Shown here one piece after another: positions 46,276 through 54,795 of a stretch of DNA of 64,000 nt. This DNA comes from Candidatus Falkowbacteria bacterium (GTDB lineage: Bacteria > Patescibacteriota > Patescibacteriia > Patescibacteriales > WJLG01): assembly GCA_963747695.1 (NCBI GenBank), contig CAVVFV010000001.1, forward strand, positions 36,466 through 100,465, read 5' to 3'. The position numbers and the translations under genes are program-made. Position 1 is the first letter of the stretch, and the number at the start of each line of letters is the position of its first letter. Below the pieces are notes generated by a model. It was not told the DNA's origin, made no database searches, and was given only the letters and a program-made list of their open reading frames with translations.

Positions 46276-46968
46276 ATGAACGAAGCTGAAGACAAAAAAA
46301 TAGAAAATGCTCCTGAAGCGGTCGCCGTCGAACCGGAAGTGGTCGTCCCCGAGGAAGTCGAAGAAATTGTCGGGCCAGCCGCGCCGCTGGAAGTAAAAGG
46401 ACCTGCCGGCAAGGGAGTGGCGGTTGAAAAGGGCAAGGGTTCGCGCAAATCTTTCGGATTCAAGAAAGGCGGTTTAAAGTTGGAAAAAAGAGACGAATTC
46501 GATGAGAGAATTTTGGATATCGCCCGGGTTACCCGCGTTATGGCCGGCGGCAAAAGAATGCGTTTCCGCGTTTGCGTGGCGATTGGCGATCATAAAGGCA
46601 AGATCGGCGTGGGCACCGGCAAAGGCGCTGATGTTACCGCCGCCGTGAAGAAAGCCGTCAATCAGGCCCGCAAAGGAATCATCGATGTGCCTCTGGTAAA
46701 TGATACTATCCCGCACCAGGTGTATAATAAATATTGCGCCGCCAAGATTTTGTTTAAGCCGGCCGCCAAAGGCAAGGGCGTCATCGCCGGCGGCGTGGTC
46801 AGAGTCATCTTGGAATTGGCCGGAGTCAAAAATATCACTTCCAAGATTCTTGGTTCAAAGAGTAAATTGAGCAATGCGGAATGCACGATCGAAGCATTGA
46901 AGAGCCTGAAACGGGTGGAAAATAATAATAAAATTGAGAATAAGAAAGAAGCGGTTAAAAATAAATAA
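46276..46968 (+). CDS. rpsE: 30S ribosomal protein S5 (N-terminal extension of about 75 aa)
   Basis: ERILDIARVTRVMAGGKRMRFRVCVAIGDHKGKIGVGTGKGADV. Confidence 0.9.
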   Translation: MNEAEDKKIENAPEAVAVEPEVVVPEEVEEIVGPAAPLEVKGPAGKGVAVEKGKGSRKSFGFKKGGLKLEKRDEFDERILDIARVTRVMAGGKRMRFRVCVAIGDHKGKIGVGTGKGADVTAAVKKAVNQARKGIIDVPLVNDTIPHQVYNKYCAAKILFKPAAKGKGVIAGGVVRVILELAGVKNITSKILGSKSKLSNAECTIEALKSLKRVENNNKIENKKEAVKNK

Positions 46969-46975
46969 GATTTGA

Positions 46976-47105
46976 AAATCCGAAGCACGAAATCCGAAAT
47001 CCGAAACAAATTCAAAATTCAAATGACAAAAATTAGAAACGTTTTGAATTTTGGATTTTAATCTTTTAAATTTGTTTAGGATTTAGAGCTTAGGATTTCG
47101 GATTT
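46976..47105. repeat. family C ('aaatccgaaat') long hairpin
   Basis: aaatccgaagcacgaaatccgaaatccgaaacaaattcaaa...aacgttttgaatttt...aaatttgtttaggatttagagcttaggatttcggattt. Confidence 0.8.
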
Positions 47106-47111
47106 AAGAAT

Positions 47112-47534
47112 ATGATTATGCTGTCATTAAATAATATTAAAGCAAAAAGGGGGCAGAAAAAGATCAAACGCGTGGGCAGGGGCAATGGTTCCGGCCATGG
47201 TACTTATAGTTGCAAGGGTCAGAAAGGCCAAAACGCCCGTTCCGGCGTCACCGGCTTGAAGCGTTTGGGAATGCGCCCGCATATCCTGCAAACACCGAAG
47301 ATCGGCGGTTTCCGTTCTTTGGCTCCGAAAAACCAGGTGGTCAAAGTAGCCGATCTTAATAAGAATTTTAAGGACGGCGAAATCGTCTCGGCCAAAACTT
47401 TATTTGCCAAGGGCCTGATCGCCAATGCGCAAAAACCGGTGAAAGTTTTAGGCAAGGAAAAATTAGAGGTTAAGATTGAATTTGATAAAGGTATAAAATT
47501 TAATCAAACGGTTGCCGGTCAAGTAAAGAAATAA
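47112..47534 (+). CDS. rplO: 50S ribosomal protein L15
   Basis: LNNIKAKRGQKKIKRVGRGNGSGHGTYSCKGQKGQNARSG. The start is 47112 or 47118. Confidence 0.9.
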   Translation: MIMLSLNNIKAKRGQKKIKRVGRGNGSGHGTYSCKGQKGQNARSGVTGLKRLGMRPHILQTPKIGGFRSLAPKNQVVKVADLNKNFKDGEIVSAKTLFAKGLIANAQKPVKVLGKEKLEVKIEFDKGIKFNQTVAGQVKK

Positions 47535-47608
47535 GTCCAGATACTGGAAGACTGCTCGTATTTAGCATTTTGGAAATATACGAAATACGATATACCAAAT
47601 ACGAATTT

Positions 47609-48868
47609 ATGTGGGAGAAAATTGAAAAAATTTGGAAAGCCAGAGACCTGAGGAATAATATCCTTTTCGTTTTGTTGATGCTTTTATTTTACCGTTTTGC
47701 CGCCCACATCCCCGTGCCGGGCGTGAATGTCGCGGCTTTGGAAAATCTTTTTGCTTCCAACCAGGCTTTGGGAATGTTGAACCTTTTTTCCGGCGGCGGG
47801 ATGCGCAATTTTTCTTTGGTGCTGATGGGCGTCGGTCCTTATATCACTTCTTCGATCATTTTCCAGCTCTTGGCGATGATCGTTCCGTCTTTGGAAGAAA
47901 TGCAGAAGGACGAGATCGGCCGGCAGAAAATCAATATGTGGACCAGATGGCTGACCGTGCCGCTGGCGATGCTGCAGTCTTATGGTATGATCGCTCTGCT
48001 ACGCTCCTATTTAAGCGATATTACGCCTTTTGATGTTGTTTCGATTATGATCACCACTTCGGCCGGAACGGTCTTCTTGATGTGGCTGGGCGAGCTGATC
48101 AGCGAAAAGAAGATCGGCAATGGCGTCTCGATGATCATCTTCGCCGGCATTGTGGCCAGATTGCCTCAGGATGTTTTGCAGACTTTCAGCGTTTATGATC
48201 CTTCCAAACTTTTCACGATCATGGCTTTTGTCATTGTGGCCATCGTTACCGTTGTCGGCATCGTTATCATTAACGAAGGCCAGCGGAATATCCCGGTGCA
48301 GCATGCCCGGCAGATCCGCGGCAACCGCACTTTCGGCGGCAACACCACTCATTTGCCGCTGCGGGTCAATATGGGCGGCGTCATCCCGATTATCTTCGCC
48401 ATCTCAGTCATTCTTTTCCCGGAAATGATCGCTCAATTTTTCCAGCATGCGCAGACCGCCTGGATCGCCAATGCGGCAACTTGGGTGATGCAAGCCTGGA
48501 ACAATCAATTGATCTATGGCATTATGTATTTTGTTTTGGTTTTTGCTTTCACCTATTTTTATACCGAAGTTATTTTTCATCCCGATCAGATCGCCGAGAA
48601 TTTGCAGAAGCAGGGCGCTTTCATCCCCGGTATCCGCCCGGGACTGCACACGCAGGAATATCTGGCTAACACGACCTACAAGATTATTTTGCTCGGCGCT
48701 TTGTTCTTGGGTTTGATCGCCGTCTTGCCGCTGATCGTCAAATCTTTCACGCAGATCAGCTCGTTGGCCATCGGCGGCACCAGTATTTTGATCGTCGTCG
48801 CCGTAGTTATCGATATGGTCAAGCAGATCGAAGCCCAGCTGACAATGAGAGAGTACGAAGGAATGTAA
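47609..48868 (+). CDS. secY: preprotein translocase subunit SecY
   Basis: MWEKIEKIWKARDLRNNILF...GVGPYITSSIIFQLL...GELISEKKIGNG. ATG 47609 is preferred; the track's 47570 start translates repeat DNA. Confidence 0.95.
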   Translation: MWEKIEKIWKARDLRNNILFVLLMLLFYRFAAHIPVPGVNVAALENLFASNQALGMLNLFSGGGMRNFSLVLMGVGPYITSSIIFQLLAMIVPSLEEMQKDEIGRQKINMWTRWLTVPLAMLQSYGMIALLRSYLSDITPFDVVSIMITTSAGTVFLMWLGELISEKKIGNGVSMIIFAGIVARLPQDVLQTFSVYDPSKLFTIMAFVIVAIVTVVGIVIINEGQRNIPVQHARQIRGNRTFGGNTTHLPLRVNMGGVIPIIFAISVILFPEMIAQFFQHAQTAWIANAATWVMQAWNNQLIYGIMYFVLVFAFTYFYTEVIFHPDQIAENLQKQGAFIPGIRPGLHTQEYLANTTYKIILLGALFLGLIAVLPLIVKSFTQISSLAIGGTSILIVVAVVIDMVKQIEAQLTMREYEGM

Positions 48869-49031
48869 AATCAATTATAAATTAAAAATTATAAATTATA
48901 AATAAAGCCCTTTCGGGGGCTTTTATTATTGGTTAATTTGTAGTATAATTCATATGTAAAATGAATAAAAAATATCTAATGATTGTTGTCGGTATTACTG
49001 ATAATTTTTAATTTTTAATTTATAATTGATT
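48869..49031. repeat. perfect 22-nt inverted repeat pair (family I, 'aattataaatt') bracketing a terminator and a TATAAT box
   Basis: aatcaattataaattaaaaatt (48869-48890) is the exact reverse complement of aatttttaatttataattgatt (49010-49031). Confidence 0.85.
48904..48927 (+). terminator. rho-independent terminator after secY
   Basis: aaagccc-tttc-gggggcttt followed by tattatt. Confidence 0.6.
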
Positions 49032-49032
49032 T

Positions 49033-49326
49033 ATGGACACTTCTCAATTGCCCGGTCCGGGTCCGGATTTCCGGCTCGATGATTCCTTGGGCGGATTTAA
49101 GCGAAAATTAAGCGATATCACCTTGACTGATCAATATAAGAACATCCGGAATGATATTGATTTGATCGTCGACTCTCTCCACCCTTATGAAGAAATTATT
49201 CGCCGGGGCGGATTAGATCGGGCGGGCAGACTGCATATTTGGGAGAAGATCAGGGAGGCGGACAAAAGCCTTTCTCTTTGGGATATGAAACTAGTAACGC
49301 AAATTTTAGAGCGTTTAAGCCGATAA
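49033..49326 (+). CDS. hypothetical protein (97 aa) inserted between secY and adk
   Basis: ORF only. Confidence 0.35.
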   Translation: MDTSQLPGPGPDFRLDDSLGGFKRKLSDITLTDQYKNIRNDIDLIVDSLHPYEEIIRRGGLDRAGRLHIWEKIREADKSLSLWDMKLVTQILERLSR

Positions 49327-49329
49327 TTT

Positions 49330-49722
49330 ATGTTTGGTCCGGTTAAGAAAAATGAAAAAGAAGAAAAACCGCTGACATATCGCGAGAAAGTCGAGGCGGA
49401 AAAAATGGCGGAGCAGAAAAAAAGAGTTAATATTTATTTAACCCGCCACGGCGGAGAAGAAGCGACTACGGGTTATCAAACTTCTCGATCGGCTTTTGCC
49501 GGTGGCGAAGTGGAAAGCCGGTCGAGAGTTTCCCTGGTGGGCGGCATCACGGAGGGCGAAGTCGGACGAGCGGCGGTCGGTAAGGTGCGCAACCAACTGG
49601 GTTTCGCGAAAGGGAAATACGGCTCGACCAAAACCGGTTTTGCCCAAAAAAGCGATTATGCTTCAGCCAGCGGTAATGCGGCAAGCAAACCACCATCAAA
49701 ACCTCTAGGTTTTGGCAGATAG
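49330..49722 (+). CDS. hypothetical protein (130 aa), 3-nt gap to the upstream ORF
   Basis: ORF only; Gly/Ser/Ala-rich C-terminal half. Confidence 0.35.
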   Translation: MFGPVKKNEKEEKPLTYREKVEAEKMAEQKKRVNIYLTRHGGEEATTGYQTSRSAFAGGEVESRSRVSLVGGITEGEVGRAAVGKVRNQLGFAKGKYGSTKTGFAQKSDYASASGNAASKPPSKPLGFGR

Positions 49723-49798
49723 CATTCTTAATTCATAATTCTTAAATCTTAATTCGATAATTTTTTAAATATCAGTTAATGATTTCTTAGCAACAATC

Positions 49799-50476
49799 AT
49801 GAAGAAAAGGAAAAAGACGATCTTGATTTTTATGGGTCCGCCGGGATCGGGCAAGGGAACGCAGACTGATATTTTAGCCAAGCATTTAAAAATTCCGGCG
49901 ATATCGGTCGGCGAGCTGTTGCGGTTGGAAGTCAAGCGCCGGACGAAAGTCGGTCGAGAGGTTAAGACCAAGATGGAATCCGGATTAATGCTGCCCGATA
50001 AGCTGATCAGAAAACTTATGGAAAAACGTCTTTTGCTGCCGGATACTAAAAAAGGTTTTATTCTCGATGGCTACCCGCGGCGTTATCGGCAGATCCGCGA
50101 TCTGGAAGGGCTGATTAAGGAATTTCCCGGGGCGGAAAAGAATCTGCTGGTTTTTTATATTTATATCAGCGATGCCGAACTGAAAAAAAGGTTGAGCCGG
50201 CGCCGGGTTTGTTATTTTTGCGGCCGAACTTATCATCTCGACATCAATCCGCCGGCCAAACCGGGTATTTGCGACAATTGCGGCCATAAGATCGAGCGTC
50301 GCCGTGATGACGATCCGGCGGCGATCACCCGCCGCTTGCGCATTTTTCATCGTGATTCTGATCCGATGATCGATTATTTTTCCGCCCGCAACAATTTATT
50401 CCGCATCAATGGCCTTCAAAAAATCAGCCAAGTGCAGAAAGACATACTTAATGATTTGAAAAAAGCGTCACGCTAA
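49799..50476 (+). CDS. adk: adenylate kinase (zinc-lid type)
   Basis: ILIFMGPPGSGKGTQ, GFILDGYPR, CYFCGRTYH...CDNCGHK. Confidence 0.94.
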   Translation: MKKRKKTILIFMGPPGSGKGTQTDILAKHLKIPAISVGELLRLEVKRRTKVGREVKTKMESGLMLPDKLIRKLMEKRLLLPDTKKGFILDGYPRRYRQIRDLEGLIKEFPGAEKNLLVFYIYISDAELKKRLSRRRVCYFCGRTYHLDINPPAKPGICDNCGHKIERRRDDDPAAITRRLRIFHRDSDPMIDYFSARNNLFRINGLQKISQVQKDILNDLKKASR

Positions 50477-50498
50477 ATTTGAGGAGCTTATATTATGG

Positions 50499-50612
50499 CA
50501 TTAGTTATTAGTCGATTAGTTAATTAGGGCTTAGTTGGATTACCACGAAGTTTGTTAATAATAATGGAGCTAATCTTTTACTCAACTAATTACCTAATTA
50601 ACTAAGTGCCTA
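50499..50612. repeat. family F ('cgattagttaattag') hairpin
   Basis: cattagttattagtcgattagttaattagggcttagttgg...ctcaactaattacctaattaactaagtgcctaa. Confidence 0.7.
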
Positions 50613-50652
50613 AATAAGCGTCTTTAAAAGAAGAAGGTAAATTATAATATAA

Positions 50653-51480
50653 ATGGTAACTGTAAAAACTAAAGATGAAATTGAAGTACTGCGGGCCGGC
50701 GGTAAAATACTGTCGCGGATTTTGCATCGGATCGCTGCGGAAGTAAAACCCGGCGTCAGCACCGAAAGACTGGAAAATATGGCTTGCCAAATGATTGAGG
50801 CGGCCGGCGGCCGGCCGTCTTTTAAAAATTATGAATTGGGCAACGGCCGCTACTTTCCGACCGCGCTTTGCGCTTCAGTGAACAATGAAATAGTCCACGG
50901 TTTGCCGATCCCAGCCCGTATTCTTAAGGAGGGCGATATCATCGGCTTGGACTTGGGGATGGAATATCCGGTGACGCCGCGGGAAGCGGAAAAATTCAAA
51001 GTTAAAAATCGCTATTCGACTTTGGGCGGATTTTATACGGATATGACGCTGACGGTTCCAGTCGGCAAGATCAGTCCTAAAGTCAAAAAATTGGTCCAGA
51101 TAACCCGTTTAGCGCTGGAGGTCGGCATTAAATTGGCCAAGCCGGGAAATACGCTAAATCAGCTCGGCACGGCCATTCAAAATTTCGTCGAAAAAGAAGG
51201 GTATTCCGTAGTCCGTGATCTGGTCGGTCACGGAGTCGGCCACCAAGTCCATGAAGATCCGGAAGTCTTCAATTACGAGTTTGTCTCATACGGTATCCGT
51301 GATACGGTGCTGAAGCCGGGCATGGTAATCGCCATCGAGCCGATGGTCAATCTTGGCCGCGCGGAAACCAGAAGCGGTCCGGATGGATTTTCGATTGTTA
51401 CCGCCGATGGCTCGCTCTCGGCTCACTTCGAGCATACCGTGGCGATCACGGAGAAGGGGAATATAGTTATCACGGAGTAA
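50653..51480 (+). CDS. map: type I methionine aminopeptidase
   Basis: KTKDEIEVLRAGGKIL...VHGLP...DLGMEY...GHGVGHQVHEDP...IEPM...HFEHTVAIT. Confidence 0.95.
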   Translation: MVTVKTKDEIEVLRAGGKILSRILHRIAAEVKPGVSTERLENMACQMIEAAGGRPSFKNYELGNGRYFPTALCASVNNEIVHGLPIPARILKEGDIIGLDLGMEYPVTPREAEKFKVKNRYSTLGGFYTDMTLTVPVGKISPKVKKLVQITRLALEVGIKLAKPGNTLNQLGTAIQNFVEKEGYSVVRDLVGHGVGHQVHEDPEVFNYEFVSYGIRDTVLKPGMVIAIEPMVNLGRAETRSGPDGFSIVTADGSLSAHFEHTVAITEKGNIVITE

Positions 51481-51570
51481 ATATCCAATATAAAATAACC
51501 AATATCAAAAAAATAATTAAATATTATAATATTAAAATATTTTTTTGATATTGGTTATTTGATATTTGCC
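51481..51570. repeat. family G ('ccaatatcaaataacc') hairpin
   Basis: atatccaatataaaataaccaatatcaaaaaa...ttttttgatattggttatttgatatttgcc. Confidence 0.75.
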
Positions 51571-51573
51571 ATT

Positions 51574-51966
51574 ATGAATGAAGAAATTAAAATTTATTTG
51601 GGTGTCGACTGGGGCGCCAAGCGCATCGGTTTGAGCTTGGGCGATAGCGAAACAAAAATGGCCACGCCGTTTAAGACTGTTTCCGGCCTGCACGATCTGG
51701 TGGAAACGGTAAACGAAGAGAATGCCGATGTTTTGGTGATCGGCCAGCCGATCAAGATGCGCGGCATTAAGGAAGGTCTGGCTCCTGAATATTTAGAATT
51801 CATCGATGAGCTTAAGGATAAATTACCGGGTAAAGAGATAGTTTTAGTTGATGAGCGCTTATCGAGCAAGGCGGCGGACGCGCTGCCGGGAGGAGCGCTG
51901 AAAGCGAGCAGAGATGAAGTTGCGGCAATGATCATTCTTCAGAGTTACCTGGATGCTCTTAAATAG
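51574..51966 (+). CDS. ruvX: Holliday junction resolvase-like RuvX/YqgF
   Basis: IYLGVDWGAKRIGLSLGD...ATPF...VIGQPIKMRG...VDERLSS. Confidence 0.85.
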   Translation: MNEEIKIYLGVDWGAKRIGLSLGDSETKMATPFKTVSGLHDLVETVNEENADVLVIGQPIKMRGIKEGLAPEYLEFIDELKDKLPGKEIVLVDERLSSKAADALPGGALKASRDEVAAMIILQSYLDALK

Positions 51967-52034
51967 TAAAATGTAAAATGAAAATCTCAAAGTGAAAAAT
52001 TATTTTACATTTTGAGATTTAACTTTTTCATTTG
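51966..52034. repeat. family H ('aaatgtaaaat / attttgagattt') hairpin
   Basis: gtaaaatgtaaaatgaaaatctcaaagtgaaaaat tattttacattttgagatttaactttttcatttgg. A related copy lies at 58294-58389. Confidence 0.7.
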
Positions 52035-52058
52035 GTAATTTATCGATTTCAATATTCT

Positions 52059-52538
52059 ATGGAGGCGACATATAATACCCAAGTACTGATCTTGAATCGA
52101 TATGATTTCCGGGAGGCTGATTCCCGGATTGTTTGTTATAGCGAAGATCAGGGCAAGCTGGAATTGATCGCCCGCGGCGCCAAGAAATTAAAATCAAAAT
52201 TGTCCGGCCATATCGAACCGCTGACCTTGTCGCGCTTGATGGTCGTCTCGGGCAGAGATTTGAATTACGTCGGCACGGCAACCGGAGAAAATTTTTATTC
52301 TAGTATCAAAGACGATTTTACTAAGGTTTCCATCGCCGGTCAGGCTTTGGCCTTGGTAGAAAAAATGACCCGCGAGGGCGAAGTGGACGGCCATGCGGAA
52401 ATTTTCAAGCTGCTCAAAAATCTTCTCGACGAATTGGAAAACAGTAAAAATAATATCACCCTGAAGGAATTTGCCGATAAACTCACCTTGATCTTGGGCT
52501 TTTCCGCGGAAGATTTTGAAGAATTAAGGCAAAAGTGA
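52059..52538 (+). CDS. recO: short RecO-like DNA repair protein (OB-fold N-domain)
   Basis: TQVLILNRYDFREADSRIVCYSEDQGKLELIARGAKKLKSKLSGHIEPLTLSRLMVV resembles the RecO N-terminal domain. Confidence 0.6.
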   Translation: MEATYNTQVLILNRYDFREADSRIVCYSEDQGKLELIARGAKKLKSKLSGHIEPLTLSRLMVVSGRDLNYVGTATGENFYSSIKDDFTKVSIAGQALALVEKMTREGEVDGHAEIFKLLKNLLDELENSKNNITLKEFADKLTLILGFSAEDFEELRQK

Positions 52539-52554
52539 GGAAAATTTGTGTTTA

Positions 52555-52584
52555 TTGACAAGGCCCGTATTTATTTGTTATTAT
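52555..52584 (+). promoter_or_regulatory. sigma70-like promoter for the aspS leader
   Basis: TTGACA (52555-52560), an 18-nt spacer, then TATTAT (52579-52584). Confidence 0.5.
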
Positions 52585-52589
52585 GTTAA

Positions 52590-52795
52590 ATAACAACGCA
52601 ATGAAGCCGCTAACACGGCTGAGCAGAAGGAAGAAAGGCTTTTAACAGCCCAGTAGAACCTTCCGGGAGTTCCCGTAATCGAACCAATGGCGCGTTTAAG
52701 CGCCATGAGAACAAAAGCGAGGTGGCACCGCGTCATAGAACGCCCTTGCAAGACAGACATAATTTTTTATGTTAGTTTTGCAAGGGCTTTTTATT
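52590..52795 (+). promoter_or_regulatory. T-box leader (tRNA-sensing riboswitch) with terminator
   Basis: The T-box core GGTGGCACCGCG lies at 52721-52732. It is followed by terminator gcccttgcaa (52742-52751) / ttgcaagggc (52778-52787) plus a T-run. It sits upstream of an aminoacyl-tRNA synthetase gene. Stem I and the specifier were not confidently parsed. Confidence 0.6.
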
Positions 52796-52911
52796 TGTTT
52801 GTAAATTTTTAATTTTGTAATTTTTGAATTTTTAAATAATTTTTAAAGTTTAATTTTTAAAAATTAAGATTTAGGATTTATTTAAAAATTTAAAAATTAA
52901 AAATTCTACTT

Positions 52912-54696
52912 ATGTTAAGAACTCACACTTGTGGTGAAATAAGAAAAGAACAAATTGGCCAGACCGTCGAACTGTCAGGCTGGGTTTATCGGCGCCGCGA
53001 CCACGGCGGAGTCATCTTTATCGATCTGAGAGACCGCTATGGCGTGACGCAGATCAAATTCGACGTCAATCACGGCTCCAGCACGGAATTGATGCAGGAT
53101 GCCGATCAGTTGCGCAGCGAATGGGTAATCAACGTCAAGGGGAAGGTGGCGGCCCGTCCGGCTGATATGCTCAATCCGAAATTGGCGACCGGCGAAATTG
53201 AAGTCGAAGTCGTTGAAATGAATATCCTGAATAAGTGCAAAGCTTTGCCGTTCGAGCTGGAGGAAGAAAAAGAAAGCCAGGCTAATGAGCAGCTGCGTTT
53301 GAAATACCGTTATCTTGATTTGCGCCGGGAAAAATTGCAGCTAATTATGAAGAAACGTGATGAAGTCGTCACAGCCATCCGCGAATATTTTCATAAAAAT
53401 GATTTTATCGAAGTGCCCACGCCGATTCTGGCCAACTCTTCGCCGGAGGGCGCCCGCGATTATCTGGTACCGAGCCGCATTTATCCTGGTAAATTCTTCG
53501 CTCTGCCGCAGGCGCCGCAGCAATTCAAGCAATTGTTGATGATCGCCGGTGTGGATAAATATTTTCAGATCGCTCCGTGTTTCCGTGATGAAGATCCTCG
53601 CGCCGCCCGCCACCCCGGAGATTTTTACCAGATTGATTTCGAAATGAGTTTCGTCAATCAGGAAGATGTTTGGGCAATAACTGAGCCCTTAATGATCCAG
53701 CTGGTGGAAAAATTCACTGACAAGAAAGTTAAATGGAATAAATTTCCCTTAATTCCGCATCAGGAAGCTTTGACGAAATATGGTTCGGATAAACCGGATT
53801 TGCGTTTTGAAATGCCAATTAAACCGATCACGGAAATGATTGCGCCTGAATGCGGCTTTACAGTCTTTGCTAAGGCGGTCAAAGACGGCGGCGTCGTCCA
53901 TGCCTTGAAAGTCGAGGGCGGCAATGTCTTTACTCGCAGCATCATTGATGATTTGACCGAGCTAGCCAAAACCAAAGAAGCTAAAGGCTTGGCTTACATC
54001 CAGATGCGTCCGGAAGGTCCGGCCTCGCCGATCAACAAATTTTTGGGTGATGAATTAATGAATAAGATTATCGAAGCGGTCGGCGCCAAAACGGGCGATA
54101 TTATCTTTTTCGGCGCGGATAAATTCTCCACGGTGTGCGCGGCATTGGGTGCGGTCCGTGACAAATGCGGCGCTTTGCTAAATTTAAAAAACTCCAAAGA
54201 GGTTGCTTTCGCCTGGATCATCGACTTCCCCATGTATTCTTATTCGGAAATCGAGCACGGCAAGATCGATTTCGAACATAATCCTTTTTCCATGCCTCAA
54301 GGCGGCCTGGAAGCTTTGAATACCAAACAACCTTTGGAAATTCTCGCCTATCAGTATGATCTGGTCGCCAATGGCTACGAAATCACTTCCGGCGCTGTAC
54401 GCAACCATGATCCGGAAATTATGTATCGCGCCTTTGAGATTGCCGGCTATACCAAAGAGCAGGTGGAGGCCAAATTTGGCGCCCTGGTGCACGCCTTTGA
54501 ATACGGCGCGCCGCCGCATGCCGGGGCCGCTCCGGGATTGGACCGCCTGCTGATGCTGATGTTCGATTTGGATTCGATTCGCGATGTCTACGCCTTCCCC
54601 AAAGACGGCGCCGGCCGCGACGTGATGATGGACTCGCCCGCGGAAGTAACTCCCAAACAGCTCAAAGAACTTCATATAAAAATAGAAGAGAAATGA
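52912..54696 (+). CDS. aspS: aspartate--tRNA ligase
   Basis: MLRTHTCGEIR...GWVYRRRDHGGVIFIDLRDRYG, FRDEDPRAARHPGDFYQIDFEMSF, GAPPHAGAAPGLDRL. Confidence 0.97.
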   Translation: MLRTHTCGEIRKEQIGQTVELSGWVYRRRDHGGVIFIDLRDRYGVTQIKFDVNHGSSTELMQDADQLRSEWVINVKGKVAARPADMLNPKLATGEIEVEVVEMNILNKCKALPFELEEEKESQANEQLRLKYRYLDLRREKLQLIMKKRDEVVTAIREYFHKNDFIEVPTPILANSSPEGARDYLVPSRIYPGKFFALPQAPQQFKQLLMIAGVDKYFQIAPCFRDEDPRAARHPGDFYQIDFEMSFVNQEDVWAITEPLMIQLVEKFTDKKVKWNKFPLIPHQEALTKYGSDKPDLRFEMPIKPITEMIAPECGFTVFAKAVKDGGVVHALKVEGGNVFTRSIIDDLTELAKTKEAKGLAYIQMRPEGPASPINKFLGDELMNKIIEAVGAKTGDIIFFGADKFSTVCAALGAVRDKCGALLNLKNSKEVAFAWIIDFPMYSYSEIEHGKIDFEHNPFSMPQGGLEALNTKQPLEILAYQYDLVANGYEITSGAVRNHDPEIMYRAFEIAGYTKEQVEAKFGALVHAFEYGAPPHAGAAPGLDRLLMLMFDLDSIRDVYAFPKDGAGRDVMMDSPAEVTPKQLKELHIKIEEK

Positions 54697-54716
54697 TTAT
54701 TGGCAGGTGCCGTGCG

Positions 54717-54783
54717 GCAGTCTCCTGCAAGGGACTGCTGCTGTCGGCAATCGCGCCGCAGTCCCGAGGCGGAGACTGCGGCG
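54717..54783. repeat. two 'gcagtc...gactgc' GC hairpins (copies 2a and 2b)
   Basis: gcagtctcc-tgcaa-gggactgc (54717-54738) and cgccgcagtc-ccgaggcgga-gactgcggcg (54754-54783). Confidence 0.7.
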
Positions 54784-54795
54784 AGGCAAAAAAAT

